A stretch of DNA of 22,591 nt from an uncultured virus (IMG/VR IMGVR_UViG_3300005239_000666). Its lineage: Duplodnaviria; Heunggongvirae; Uroviricota; Caudoviricetes. The translations under genes were made by a program, and so were the position numbers. This document shows positions 8,593 to 17,290 of this stretch, piece after piece. The stretch lies in IMG/VR virus record IMGVR_UViG_3300005239_000666; one strand, given 5' to 3'. Every line of letters starts with the position of its first letter. The first letter of the stretch is position 1. The notes under the pieces were generated by a model, which saw only the letters and a program-made list of their open reading frames with translations, searched no databases and was not told the origin of the DNA.

Positions 8593-11235
8593 ATGCCAAG
8601 TCCAACAGACTTTAATCTTTCGCCTTACTACGATGACTTTAATGAAACAAAAAAGTTTCATAGAGTTCTTTTTAGACCTGCTTTTGCAGTACAAGGTAGA
8701 GAGTTAACACAATCACAATCTATTTTACAAAATCAGATTGAAAGATTATCAGATCACGTCTTTGAACAAGGCGCTATGGTTATACCTGGCGATATTGGAT
8801 ACGACTTAAATTACTATGCAGTAAAATTAACTTCTTTTACAGACTCAGCTTCTGTAGGTGTTACACTAAACGATTTTATTGGCTTAACATTAACAGGTGC
8901 TTCTTCAGGTGTAAAAGCAAGAGTTGTTAACGTTGTAGCAACAGATGGTACTGACCCTAATACTTTATTTGTAAAATATCTAAATTCAGGTACTAATAAT
9001 ACAACAACTGCTTTTTCAGCAGAAACAATTTCAGTAGCAACTACTTTACAATCTACATCAACAACAGTTTCAGCAGTAGTATCTGCTACAGCAACAGGTA
9101 GTGCAGCTTCAGTTAAAGAAGGTGTTTATTACATAAATGGTTATCATGTTAAAGTAAGTAATCAAGATTTAATACTAGACAAGTATACAAACAAACCATC
9201 TTATAGAATAGGTTTAACAGTAGCAGAAAGTTTTGTAACTCAAAATGATGACGCAACTTTAAATGATAATGCTCAAGGAGTTTCAAATACAAATGCTCCA
9301 GGTGCTCACAGATTTAAAATAGATTTAACATTAACTAAAAAATCATTAGCTGCTACAGATGACGCAAACTTTGTAGAGTTATTAAGATTAAAAAATGGTA
9401 TTGTACAAAATCAAGTTAGAACAACTGAATATGCAATACTAGAAGATACATTAGCAAGAAGAACGTTTGACGAGTCAGGCGATTATGCAGTAAGAGACTT
9501 TGATATAGATTTAAGAGAACATTTAATTTCAGGTACTAATAGAGGTATCTACACTTCAGGCGATGGTGGATTAGAAACTAAAATTGCTGCCGGTATGGAA
9601 TCAGGTAAAGCATACGTTAAAGGTTATGAAATAGAAACTTTAGGTACTACTTTCGTTGATGTAAACAAAGCAAGATCGTTTGATACACAAAATAATTCTA
9701 CTACTAGATTTGATGTAGGTAACTTTGTAAATGTAAATAATGTTTACGGTTCTCCAGATGTAGGATTTGTATCAGGTGACGTTGCAGCTTTTAAAGAAGT
9801 AAATTTATATAGAGAAGAAACAGCTGTAAGAGGAACAGAAAATGCAGGATCAGGTTCAAATATAAAATCAGTAGGACATGCTAAATCTAAAGGATTTGAG
9901 TATGTTTCAGGTAATGCTGTTAGTGGTGCTTATGCTAGTTCAAGTGCAACAACAAACGTATTCAAACATTATCTATTTGATGTTGTTATGTTTACTCATA
10001 TCAACGTTGCAAAAAATCAAGCATTTACAAACGGAGAAGAAATTACAGGTGGTACTTCAGGTGCCAAAGGTACTGTTGATCAATTATCAACAAGTAACCA
10101 ACATACAATTACAGGTGCAACAGCGGCTAATCCTGTTGTAATAACTTCATCAAACACTTTACAAGATGGTCAACAAGTGACAATTAATAGTGTTGGTGGT
10201 ATGACAGAATTAAATGGTAACACATATACAGTAAAAAATCCAACTGCTTCAAATTTTCAATTAGATGTAGATGGTTCTTCTTTTACTTCATATACAAGTG
10301 GTGGTACAGCAGATCAATCAGTTGTAGTATTATATAATGTATCAGGAACATTTGTACCAGGAGAAACTATAACAGGTGGTATTTCATCTAACACTGCTAC
10401 TATTCAAGCAGACGCTAGAGGTTTCAAAGGTATCACAACATACGATTTTTCATATACTAAACAAATTGGTATGCCAGGTACTCCTACATACACAGCAGAT
10501 ACAATTTTAGATAACACAAACGGAGAAAGTTTACAAATTACAGGTACATTATCTATTGCAAACAGTGGTACAACTGTTACAGGTTTCGGTACTAAATTTA
10601 ATACAGAATTAAGATTAGGTGATTCAATTACATTTACTACAGACGCAGGTTCTTCAATAACAAAAATTATTGAGGCAATTGTTTCAGATACTTCTTTAGA
10701 ATTATCATCAGCTATTGGTGGTTCAGACGTATCAACTAAATCAAATGCAACTAGAAATAGGTCAACACTTAAAGATACAAATAAAAATATTTCTATATTT
10801 AAGTTACCATATGAAACAGTTAAAACATTAAAAACAGCTTCAAACTCTGGTGCTAGTGATACAAGTTTTAAAGTTAGAAGACATTTTGTAAAAACATTAA
10901 CTGGAAACGGTGACGAAACTATTTCAGCAGGAACAGACGAGACATTTGCTTCTTTATTAGATTCAGATTTTTCAGTTTCAATTATGTCAACTGGTTCTGG
11001 TGGATCAGGTGCAGTAGGAGATTTTTTATCTTTACAAGGAAACAACCACGAAGGAAACCCTATCTTTACATTAAGTGGTTCTCCAACAGGAAAATCTTTA
11101 TTATTAGACTTTGGTGCTAATTATGCAGGACATAAAATTAAAATTTTAGCAACAGTTAATAGAGCTGTTGTAGAAGAAAAATCAAAAGTTTTAAACACTG
11201 ATTTATTAGAAGTCTACAAGATTAGCAGATATTAA
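8593..11235 (+). CDS. VrlC-like (DUF4815) large virion structural protein, N-terminal part (frameshifted)
   Basis: FNLSPYYDDF, RVLFRP--AVQGRELTQ-QSILQNQIE, APGAHRFKI, LARRTFDESGDY, GKAYVKGYEI; GGGAG SD at 8583-8587. Confidence 0.85.
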   Translation: MPSPTDFNLSPYYDDFNETKKFHRVLFRPAFAVQGRELTQSQSILQNQIERLSDHVFEQGAMVIPGDIGYDLNYYAVKLTSFTDSASVGVTLNDFIGLTLTGASSGVKARVVNVVATDGTDPNTLFVKYLNSGTNNTTTAFSAETISVATTLQSTSTTVSAVVSATATGSAASVKEGVYYINGYHVKVSNQDLILDKYTNKPSYRIGLTVAESFVTQNDDATLNDNAQGVSNTNAPGAHRFKIDLTLTKKSLAATDDANFVELLRLKNGIVQNQVRTTEYAILEDTLARRTFDESGDYAVRDFDIDLREHLISGTNRGIYTSGDGGLETKIAAGMESGKAYVKGYEIETLGTTFVDVNKARSFDTQNNSTTRFDVGNFVNVNNVYGSPDVGFVSGDVAAFKEVNLYREETAVRGTENAGSGSNIKSVGHAKSKGFEYVSGNAVSGAYASSSATTNVFKHYLFDVVMFTHINVAKNQAFTNGEEITGGTSGAKGTVDQLSTSNQHTITGATAANPVVITSSNTLQDGQQVTINSVGGMTELNGNTYTVKNPTASNFQLDVDGSSFTSYTSGGTADQSVVVLYNVSGTFVPGETITGGISSNTATIQADARGFKGITTYDFSYTKQIGMPGTPTYTADTILDNTNGESLQITGTLSIANSGTTVTGFGTKFNTELRLGDSITFTTDAGSSITKIIEAIVSDTSLELSSAIGGSDVSTKSNATRNRSTLKDTNKNISIFKLPYETVKTLKTASNSGASDTSFKVRRHFVKTLTGNGDETISAGTDETFASLLDSDFSVSIMSTGSGGSGAVGDFLSLQGNNHEGNPIFTLSGSPTGKSLLLDFGANYAGHKIKILATVNRAVVEEKSKVLNTDLLEVYKISRY

Positions 11236-14200
11236 AAAACAAGGTGGTATTAGATTAATCAAATCTGATATTTACAAATTAAATTCTGTTAAAATGGCAA
11301 CTGCTTTTGGTACTTATTCATCTTCAGGAGAAATTGATATTACAGATAGATTTACTTTAGATAACGGACAAAGAGATAACTTCTATGATATAGGTAGAAT
11401 AACATTAAAAGATGGTGCTGTAGTACCAACAGGTTCAATTCAAATTACTTTTGATTATTTTTCTCATGGTTCAGGAGATGTTTTCACTGTTGATAGTTAT
11501 TCAGGAGTTGTTGACTATGCAGATATTCCTTCTCATACTTCCGATACAACAGGTGAAGTTTATGAATTAAGGGACAGTTTAGATTTTAGACCTAGAGTAG
11601 ATGACGCTTCAAGTATTAATAAAGGAGAAGTTGATAGATACTATAACGGTGCTGGTGCTTCAACAGTTGATGTTGTTAAATTTGGTACTGATATAACTTC
11701 AGATTTAGAATACTATTTGCCAAGAATAGACAAGGTGTTTGTAGATAAAGATGGTAAATTTAAAATATCTGAAGGATCAAGTGCATTAGTACCTCAATCT
11801 CCAAAAAATTTAGATGGTGCAATGCATTTATACACATTAGATATACCAGCATACACACTTGACACAGCAGATATTACAATTACAAAAGTTGATAACAAAC
11901 GTTACACTATGAGAGATATTGGTAGATTAGAAAATAGAATTGAAAACATTGAATACTATACTCAACTTTCTTTATTGGAAATGCAAGCTCAAAACTTGCA
12001 AACACAAGACGCTCAAGGATTTGACAGATTTAAAAATGGCTTTATAGTAGACAATTTTACAGGACATAGTATAGGTGATGTAAGAAATTTAGACTACAAA
12101 GTATCAATGGATATGGCAAGAGGTGAAGTTAGACCTATGTTTAATGAGGATGCCGTACAATTGATTGAAAGTGATAATGACGGAACTACGATTACTTCGG
12201 CTGATAGAACGGATGCCAAGTATGCAAAAACAGGAGATTTAATTACATTACCTTATAGTGAGGCAACTTTAATTGATCAACCATTTGCTAGTAAATTTGT
12301 TAACGTAAACCCATTTGACATTTTCAGTTGGACTGGTTCTATTGCGTTAACACCTCCGTCAGACGAATGGAAAGAAACAGAAAGAGTACCTGAATTAGTT
12401 GTTAATAGAACAGGTGGTTTTGACACGTTAGTACAAAATTTAGGAAATCCTAATCTTACAAATGTAGAGATAGGTACTGTATGGAATGAATGGCAAGAGC
12501 ATTGGTCAGGAACACCAACAGTAACAAGTTCAAGAGTTTTAGGCCAACATAGAATGGGTAGAAGAATTATACAAAGAAGACAAGAAACTTTATCTGGCCA
12601 AATGTCTAACACTAGAACAGGTATTAGAACAAGAATAGTACCACAAGTAGTAAGAAATTCAATAGGCGACAGAGTTGTTAGTGTTGGTATTGTTCCTTTT
12701 TTAAGAAGTAGAACATTAACATTTAATGCTACAAGAATGAAACCTGAAACAAGAGTTTATCCTTTCTTTGATAATATTGACATATCAAGTTATATTACAC
12801 CAGAGGGTGGTTCATTAGGTGGTAATTTAGTTACAGACGTTAATGGTGCTGTATCAGGTACTTTTGCAATTCCTGACGCAAAAAATAATTCTAATCCTAG
12901 ATGGAGAACAGGTACAAGAGTATTCAGATTAACTTCTTCATCAACAAATGTATTAAGTTCAGCAGTTGAAACTTCAGGAGAAGCAGATTACTTAGCAAAA
13001 GGAGCTTTAGAAACAATACAAGAAACAATTATTTCTACAAGAGAGCCTTTGACATTAAGAGAAAGTACAGTTGAATCAGTTAGTTTAGGAAATAGAACAA
13101 GTACAAGAAATGTAGATACTACAATCGGTTGGACAGATCCATTAGCACAAACATTTATGATAGATGATGTTGGTGGTGTATTCTTAACTTCAATGGATTT
13201 ATTCTTTAGTTCAAAAGATGACAATATTCCGGTAACAGTACAAATTAGAGAAGTAGTAAATGGTTATCCAGGAAAAAGAATAGTTCCTTTTTCTGAAAAA
13301 ACTTTAAATCCAAGTGCAGTATCAACAAGTACAGACGCAACAACAGCTACTACATTTACTTTTGACTCACCAGTTTACTTACAAGAAAAAACAGAATATT
13401 GTTTTGTTGTAATGTCTAACTGTAATGCTTACAACTGTTATGTTGGAAGATTAGGTGAAAAAGTAATAGGATCAGATAGAACAATTTCTCAACAACCATA
13501 TGCTGGTGTTATGTTTAAATCACAAAACGGTTCTACATGGACAGCTGAACAAAACGAAGATATTAAATTTAAAATTAAAAGAGCAGAATTTGAAAATGTT
13601 ACAGGTACAGTTACTTTATGTAATGATGATTTACCTGTTAGAACATTAAAAAATAATGCATTTAGAACAACAAACAGTTCAGGTGTAATTAGAGTTTCAC
13701 ATCCTAACCACGGTATGCATGGTACATCAAACAATGTCACAATTGCTGGAGTTCCATCAGGTACTTACAATGGTATTGCTCATAATCTTATTAATGGAAC
13801 ATATACAAGTATTTCTAACGTAACTTTAGATAGTTATGATATAACTACTACAGGAACGGCAAATGCTACTGGAGATATAGGTGGTGACGTTATAACAGCA
13901 ACCCAGAATAGATTGTACGATGTATTAAACTTAAATCTACAAACAGTAAATGTTCCAGGTACAAATATCTCTTATGATATGAGACCTACTACAGGTAGAT
14001 CAGTACATGGCACAGAAACAGAATTTAGTTTAACGTCAGCTGATAGTCCAGTTGCTACAATTTCAAATGACAATATTTACTTTACAGCTCCTCAAATGGT
14101 CGCTAGTACAATCAATGAAACAAATAAGATGGCAGGTAGTAAATCTTTATTTGTTAACTTAACATTTACAACTACAAATACTAAACTTTCTCCTGTATTA

Positions 14201-14662
14201 GACATGCAAAGAGTTAGTGCATATGTAGTTCAAAACAGAATTAATAAAGCAACTACAGGTAATACACCTGGATATGTTTCGGATATAGAAAGTTCAGGAA
14301 CATCATCAGCGGCTGCTTATGTAACTAAACCGGTTGTACTAGAAAACTTATCAACTGCTTTAGACGTTAGATTAACACAAAACGTAAGATCAACTTCAAA
14401 TGTTAAATTATATTTTAGACTATCATCTTCGGAAGAATCTAGAAATATTACAGACATAGGTTGGACACCGTTTAACACAGCTGGAGAAGAAGACATAACT
14501 GTTACACCAGCAGAAAATGATGAAACGTATAACGAATACAAATATAGTGCAAGTGGTTTAACAGAATTTAATACTTTCCAAATTAAAATAGTTATGGAAG
14601 GAACAAACTCTGCTTATCCACCTATAATAAGAGATTTAAGAGGTATTGCATTGGCAGTATAA
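11210..14662 (+). CDS. VrlC-like large virion structural protein, C-terminal part (same gene; track start 11294)
   Basis: Frame is open from 11210 (STRLADIKKQGGIRLIKSDIYKLNSVK-MATA). Contains LDNGQRDNFYD, SLDFRPR, KRYTMRDIGRLENRI--IEYYT-LSLLE, RFKNGFIVDNF, DPLAQTF, FKSQNGSTWT and C-terminal DLRGIALA. Confidence 0.85.
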   Translation, partial: KSTRLADIKKQGGIRLIKSDIYKLNSVKMATAFGTYSSSGEIDITDRFTLDNGQRDNFYDIGRITLKDGAVVPTGSIQITFDYFSHGSGDVFTVDSYSGVVDYADIPSHTSDTTGEVYELRDSLDFRPRVDDASSINKGEVDRYYNGAGASTVDVVKFGTDITSDLEYYLPRIDKVFVDKDGKFKISEGSSALVPQSPKNLDGAMHLYTLDIPAYTLDTADITITKVDNKRYTMRDIGRLENRIENIEYYTQLSLLEMQAQNLQTQDAQGFDRFKNGFIVDNFTGHSIGDVRNLDYKVSMDMARGEVRPMFNEDAVQLIESDNDGTTITSADRTDAKYAKTGDLITLPYSEATLIDQPFASKFVNVNPFDIFSWTGSIALTPPSDEWKETERVPELVVNRTGGFDTLVQNLGNPNLTNVEIGTVWNEWQEHWSGTPTVTSSRVLGQHRMGRRIIQRRQETLSGQMSNTRTGIRTRIVPQVVRNSIGDRVVSVGIVPFLRSRTLTFNATRMKPETRVYPFFDNIDISSYITPEGGSLGGNLVTDVNGAVSGTFAIPDAKNNSNPRWRTGTRVFRLTSSSTNVLSSAVETSGEADYLAKGALETIQETIISTREPLTLRESTVESVSLGNRTSTRNVDTTIGWTDPLAQTFMIDDVGGVFLTSMDLFFSSKDDNIPVTVQIREVVNGYPGKRIVPFSEKTLNPSAVSTSTDATTATTFTFDSPVYLQEKTEYCFVVMSNCNAYNCYVGRLGEKVIGSDRTISQQPYAGVMFKSQNGSTWTAEQNEDIKFKIKRAEFENVTGTVTLCNDDLPVRTLKNNAFRTTNSSGVIRVSHPNHGMHGTSNNVTIAGVPSGTYNGIAHNLINGTYTSISNVTLDSYDITTTGTANATGDIGGDVITATQNRLYDVLNLNLQTVNVPGTNISYDMRPTTGRSVHGTETEFSLTSADSPVATISNDNIYFTAPQMVASTINETNKMAGSKSLFVNLTFTTTNTKLSPVLDMQRVSAYVVQNRINKATTGNTPGYVSDIESSGTSSAAAYVTKPVVLENLSTALDVRLTQNVRSTSNVKLYFRLSSSEESRNITDIGWTPFNTAGEEDITVTPAENDETYNEYKYSASGLTEFNTFQIKIVMEGTNSAYPPIIRDLRGIALAV

Positions 14663-14666
14663 TAAT

Positions 14667-14888
14667 ATGGCTAGTAGAACATTAAAAGTTGAAGGATTTG
14701 AAAGTTTAGTAAGAGACGTAAACACTAGCGCTATAATTAATACTAACAGAGCAGACTATAACAACTATATGAAAAGAGTTAAGAATAGAGAAAATAATAG
14801 TGATATGGTAAGAGGTCTTTGTAAAGAGATAAATACTTTAAAGAAAGAATTATTTGAAATAAAAAAATTGATAAAGGATAAAAACTAA
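14667..14888 (+). CDS. Small hypothetical protein with coiled-coil C-terminus
   Basis: ATG 14667 preferred over the track's TTG 14646, which overlaps the upstream gene. LKVEG---LVRD----AIINTN pattern and heptad tail resemble small ORFs following VrlC in marine myoviruses. Confidence 0.75.
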   Translation: MASRTLKVEGFESLVRDVNTSAIINTNRADYNNYMKRVKNRENNSDMVRGLCKEINTLKKELFEIKKLIKDKN

Positions 14889-15424
14889 TGGCTGTAAAAA
14901 ATATATTAGGAACAGATACACTAGAAACGTTTAGAACAACGTTTAATGACTTAGCGGCTAATGATTTTGGTGACGCAACTTTATTATCTAGTGCAGGAAT
15001 ATCAGCAACCTCTGTTGTAGGTGCCGTAGTAGAATTATCTTCACAAATAGGTACAGGTCAAGGTCACTATATTAGAGACGCAAGTTCAACAGTTCAGTTG
15101 ATTGCTCCAGGTAATACAGTATCTTTTTTAGGTACAAGTAATCAGATAACTGCTACAGTTTCAAGTCCTGATACAGTAACATTAGCTTTTCCAACTAACG
15201 TGACGGTTACTAACTTAACAGTTAGTGGTACATTGAACGGACAAAGTATTACCTTTCCAAGTGCAACAGGAGAAATTATAACAACTGGATCAACTGATTT
15301 AGTTAGTGAAAGTATGATGGCTAATGACGCAATTAGTTCAACTGAATTGAAATCATTATCTACACTATTAATTAAAGATAGTTCAGGTTCAACATTAAAA
15401 ACTATTCACGCTGCTGGCGTGTAA
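14888..15424 (+). CDS. Putative virion fibre/structural protein
   Basis: N-terminal TDTLETFRTTFNDL, Ser/Thr/Gly-rich beta body (FLGTSNQITATVS), C-terminal STLLIKDSSGSTLKTI shared with the 6157 protein; TAATG stop/start overlap. Confidence 0.7.
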   Translation: MAVKNILGTDTLETFRTTFNDLAANDFGDATLLSSAGISATSVVGAVVELSSQIGTGQGHYIRDASSTVQLIAPGNTVSFLGTSNQITATVSSPDTVTLAFPTNVTVTNLTVSGTLNGQSITFPSATGEIITTGSTDLVSESMMANDAISSTELKSLSTLLIKDSSGSTLKTIHAAGV

Positions 15425-15445
15425 AAACTAGTCACTTAACGGTGA

Positions 15446-15453
15446 CATAAATA
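15446..15453 (+). promoter_or_regulatory. Variant late promoter (CATAAATA)
   Basis: 7/8 match to TATAAATA, with the same spacing to ATG 15459 as the 199 promoter has to ATG 212. Confidence 0.55.
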
Positions 15454-15458
15454 ACATT

Positions 15459-16190
15459 ATGAATATATTATTAACAGGCAGTGAAGGATTTATAGGTAAA
15501 CACCTTCATAAATTTTTAGAACAAAACAATCACAAAGTAATACCAATAGATAAATTATCAGGTAACGATTTAATAAATTGTGACCTTAAATACGATGTAG
15601 ATTTAGTCATACACTTGGCTGGTCTATCAGGTGTTAGAGATAGTTTAGATAGACCCACAGAATACTGGAAAGAAAATGTAATTGCAGGTCAAAGACTATT
15701 TGATTATTTTCCAAACACAAGAATACTATATGCGAGTTCATCAACGGCTGTAGATCCGTGGAGAAATCCATATGCAATGAGTAAGAAGTCTTTAGAGAGT
15801 ATAGCACCAAAGAATAGTGTAGGTATGAGATTTACAACTGTATACGGACCTGGTGCAAGAGAACATATGTTAATACCAAGAATATTAAGAGACGATGTTC
15901 CATTTATACATACAAATCATACAAGAGACTTTATTCATATAAATGATTTAATGATGGCCATTGATACATTAATGAAAACAGATTTTAAAGGAATATGTGA
16001 CGTTGGTAGAGGAGAGTCTTATAACTTAATAGAGTTATTAACTTACTTCGGAATTGACGCTGAAAAAAGAATTGGGAACGAGTTTGAGAGAGAAGATAAT
16101 AAAGCAGATAACAAAGTATTAAACAAACTAAATTGGTCAACTACAATTGACCTTTACGACTATATAAAGGAGAATAAAAATGTTAATTGA
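15459..16190 (+). CDS. NAD-dependent epimerase/dehydratase (extended SDR)
   Basis: ILLTGSEGFIG (GxxGxxG), VIHLAG, YASSS, catalytic YAMSK, RFTTVYGP and RDFIHIND. Confidence 0.92.
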   Translation: MNILLTGSEGFIGKHLHKFLEQNNHKVIPIDKLSGNDLINCDLKYDVDLVIHLAGLSGVRDSLDRPTEYWKENVIAGQRLFDYFPNTRILYASSSTAVDPWRNPYAMSKKSLESIAPKNSVGMRFTTVYGPGAREHMLIPRILRDDVPFIHTNHTRDFIHINDLMMAIDTLMKTDFKGICDVGRGESYNLIELLTYFGIDAEKRIGNEFEREDNKADNKVLNKLNWSTTIDLYDYIKENKNVN

Positions 16191-16710
16191 TAAAAATTTA
16201 ATTATAGAAAAAGTAGAACATAAAGAAGTAGGATTTGGTGATGAAATGTTAAAACATTTTGTTGACGCCACATTTACAAATAGTGATAGAAATTGGATTG
16301 AAGTAACAACTAATGAACGAGGCGAAGCGCTTACATCAACTCATGTTGAACTTGATGAAAATCATCCAAATTTTCAAGCATTAATGAAAGTTACCGATAT
16401 GGAAAAAATACATGAAAGTACATATCGTCATAACGAAGAAGGAAAAGAAGAGTTTGAAAAGATGGCATTTCAAATTGCTAAAAGAGAGGGTCTTGTACAA
16501 ACAGACGATACTTCTCCAAGTAGAATACTTGATTATATTTTTAGTGATAAAGAAGCAGATGAAGATGAAATGTTTGCTTTAAAAATTGCTTTATTTGAAG
16601 TAGACAAGATAAAAGATTCTAAAAATCTTGATGGTAAAAAAGCATTAAGAAAATGTAAAACTAGAATTGAATTGTTAAAGAGTGCTCTTAATCTTTATAG
16701 TGAGGAATAA
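16180..16710 (+). CDS. Hypothetical protein
   Basis: 176-aa ORF with a strong AAGGAG SD near 16167-16172, overlapping the epimerase end; no family recognised. Confidence 0.75.
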   Translation: MLIDKNLIIEKVEHKEVGFGDEMLKHFVDATFTNSDRNWIEVTTNERGEALTSTHVELDENHPNFQALMKVTDMEKIHESTYRHNEEGKEEFEKMAFQIAKREGLVQTDDTSPSRILDYIFSDKEADEDEMFALKIALFEVDKIKDSKNLDGKKALRKCKTRIELLKSALNLYSEE

Positions 16711-17272
16711 TATAATCTGACCACCAACCTTGCCAACCTGGCTCTAATAGGTGGTTCATTTGACCTAGAGTGCAAATACTAAATTCTTTTGGTGGTATTT
16801 CATACATATAGTTTTTAATAGAAGGACAAACTTTATCATAGTTTTTATAATTTATTTCTCTATAATAAAACTCATCACTACCTTTATTGTATTTTTCTAG
16901 GTACACATCTTCGTCTTCTTTAAACTTATTCCATATGTGAGAAACATCTCCTGTCCATGAAACAATAGTAGAGTTAAGTGGTGTATGGGCTTCTTCTCTC
17001 CACCATAGGTCATTTAATAAAGTAAAATCTTTTCTGAATAAATCTGGTAACTCTTTCCATATAATAACATCTAAATCAAAGAATAGATTTTCTCCGTCTC
17101 TAAATTTATCATACATTTGAAACTTGTTATACCAATTACCATAAATATCATTTTCAATAACTTCAAAACTATCATAAGATATTCCAGAGTGGAAATCTAT
17201 CATATATTTTAAGTTATCAACATGCCATTGAGTAAACTTATTACCAAATCTACAAGCTATTATTCTTCTCAT
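16688..17272 (-). CDS. GT-A-like glycosyltransferase (DxD)
   Basis: WYNKFQMY, LFFDLDVII, LNSTIVSW and GSDEFY; paralog of 19896-20483. Confidence 0.7.
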   Translation of the reverse strand: MRRIIACRFGNKFTQWHVDNLKYMIDFHSGISYDSFEVIENDIYGNWYNKFQMYDKFRDGENLFFDLDVIIWKELPDLFRKDFTLLNDLWWREEAHTPLNSTIVSWTGDVSHIWNKFKEDEDVYLEKYNKGSDEFYYREINYKNYDKVCPSIKNYMYEIPPKEFSICTLGQMNHLLEPGWQGWWSDYIIPHYKD

Positions 17273-17290
17273 TATATTAAGTGACTTTTT

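Noticed and set aside
11207..11235. Stop-codon reassignment, intron or intein explaining the VrlC split
   Set aside because: The two halves are in different frames with no intervening insert, and other genes end normally at TAA, TAG and TGA.
635..14541. Minus-strand ORFs in the structural block (635, 1347, 4638, 5775, 6351, 6615, 10404, 12277, 12988, 13489, 14317) and the + strand ORF 9878-10141
   Set aside because: They lie within or across well-supported structural genes and show no motifs; these are shadow frames produced by codon bias.
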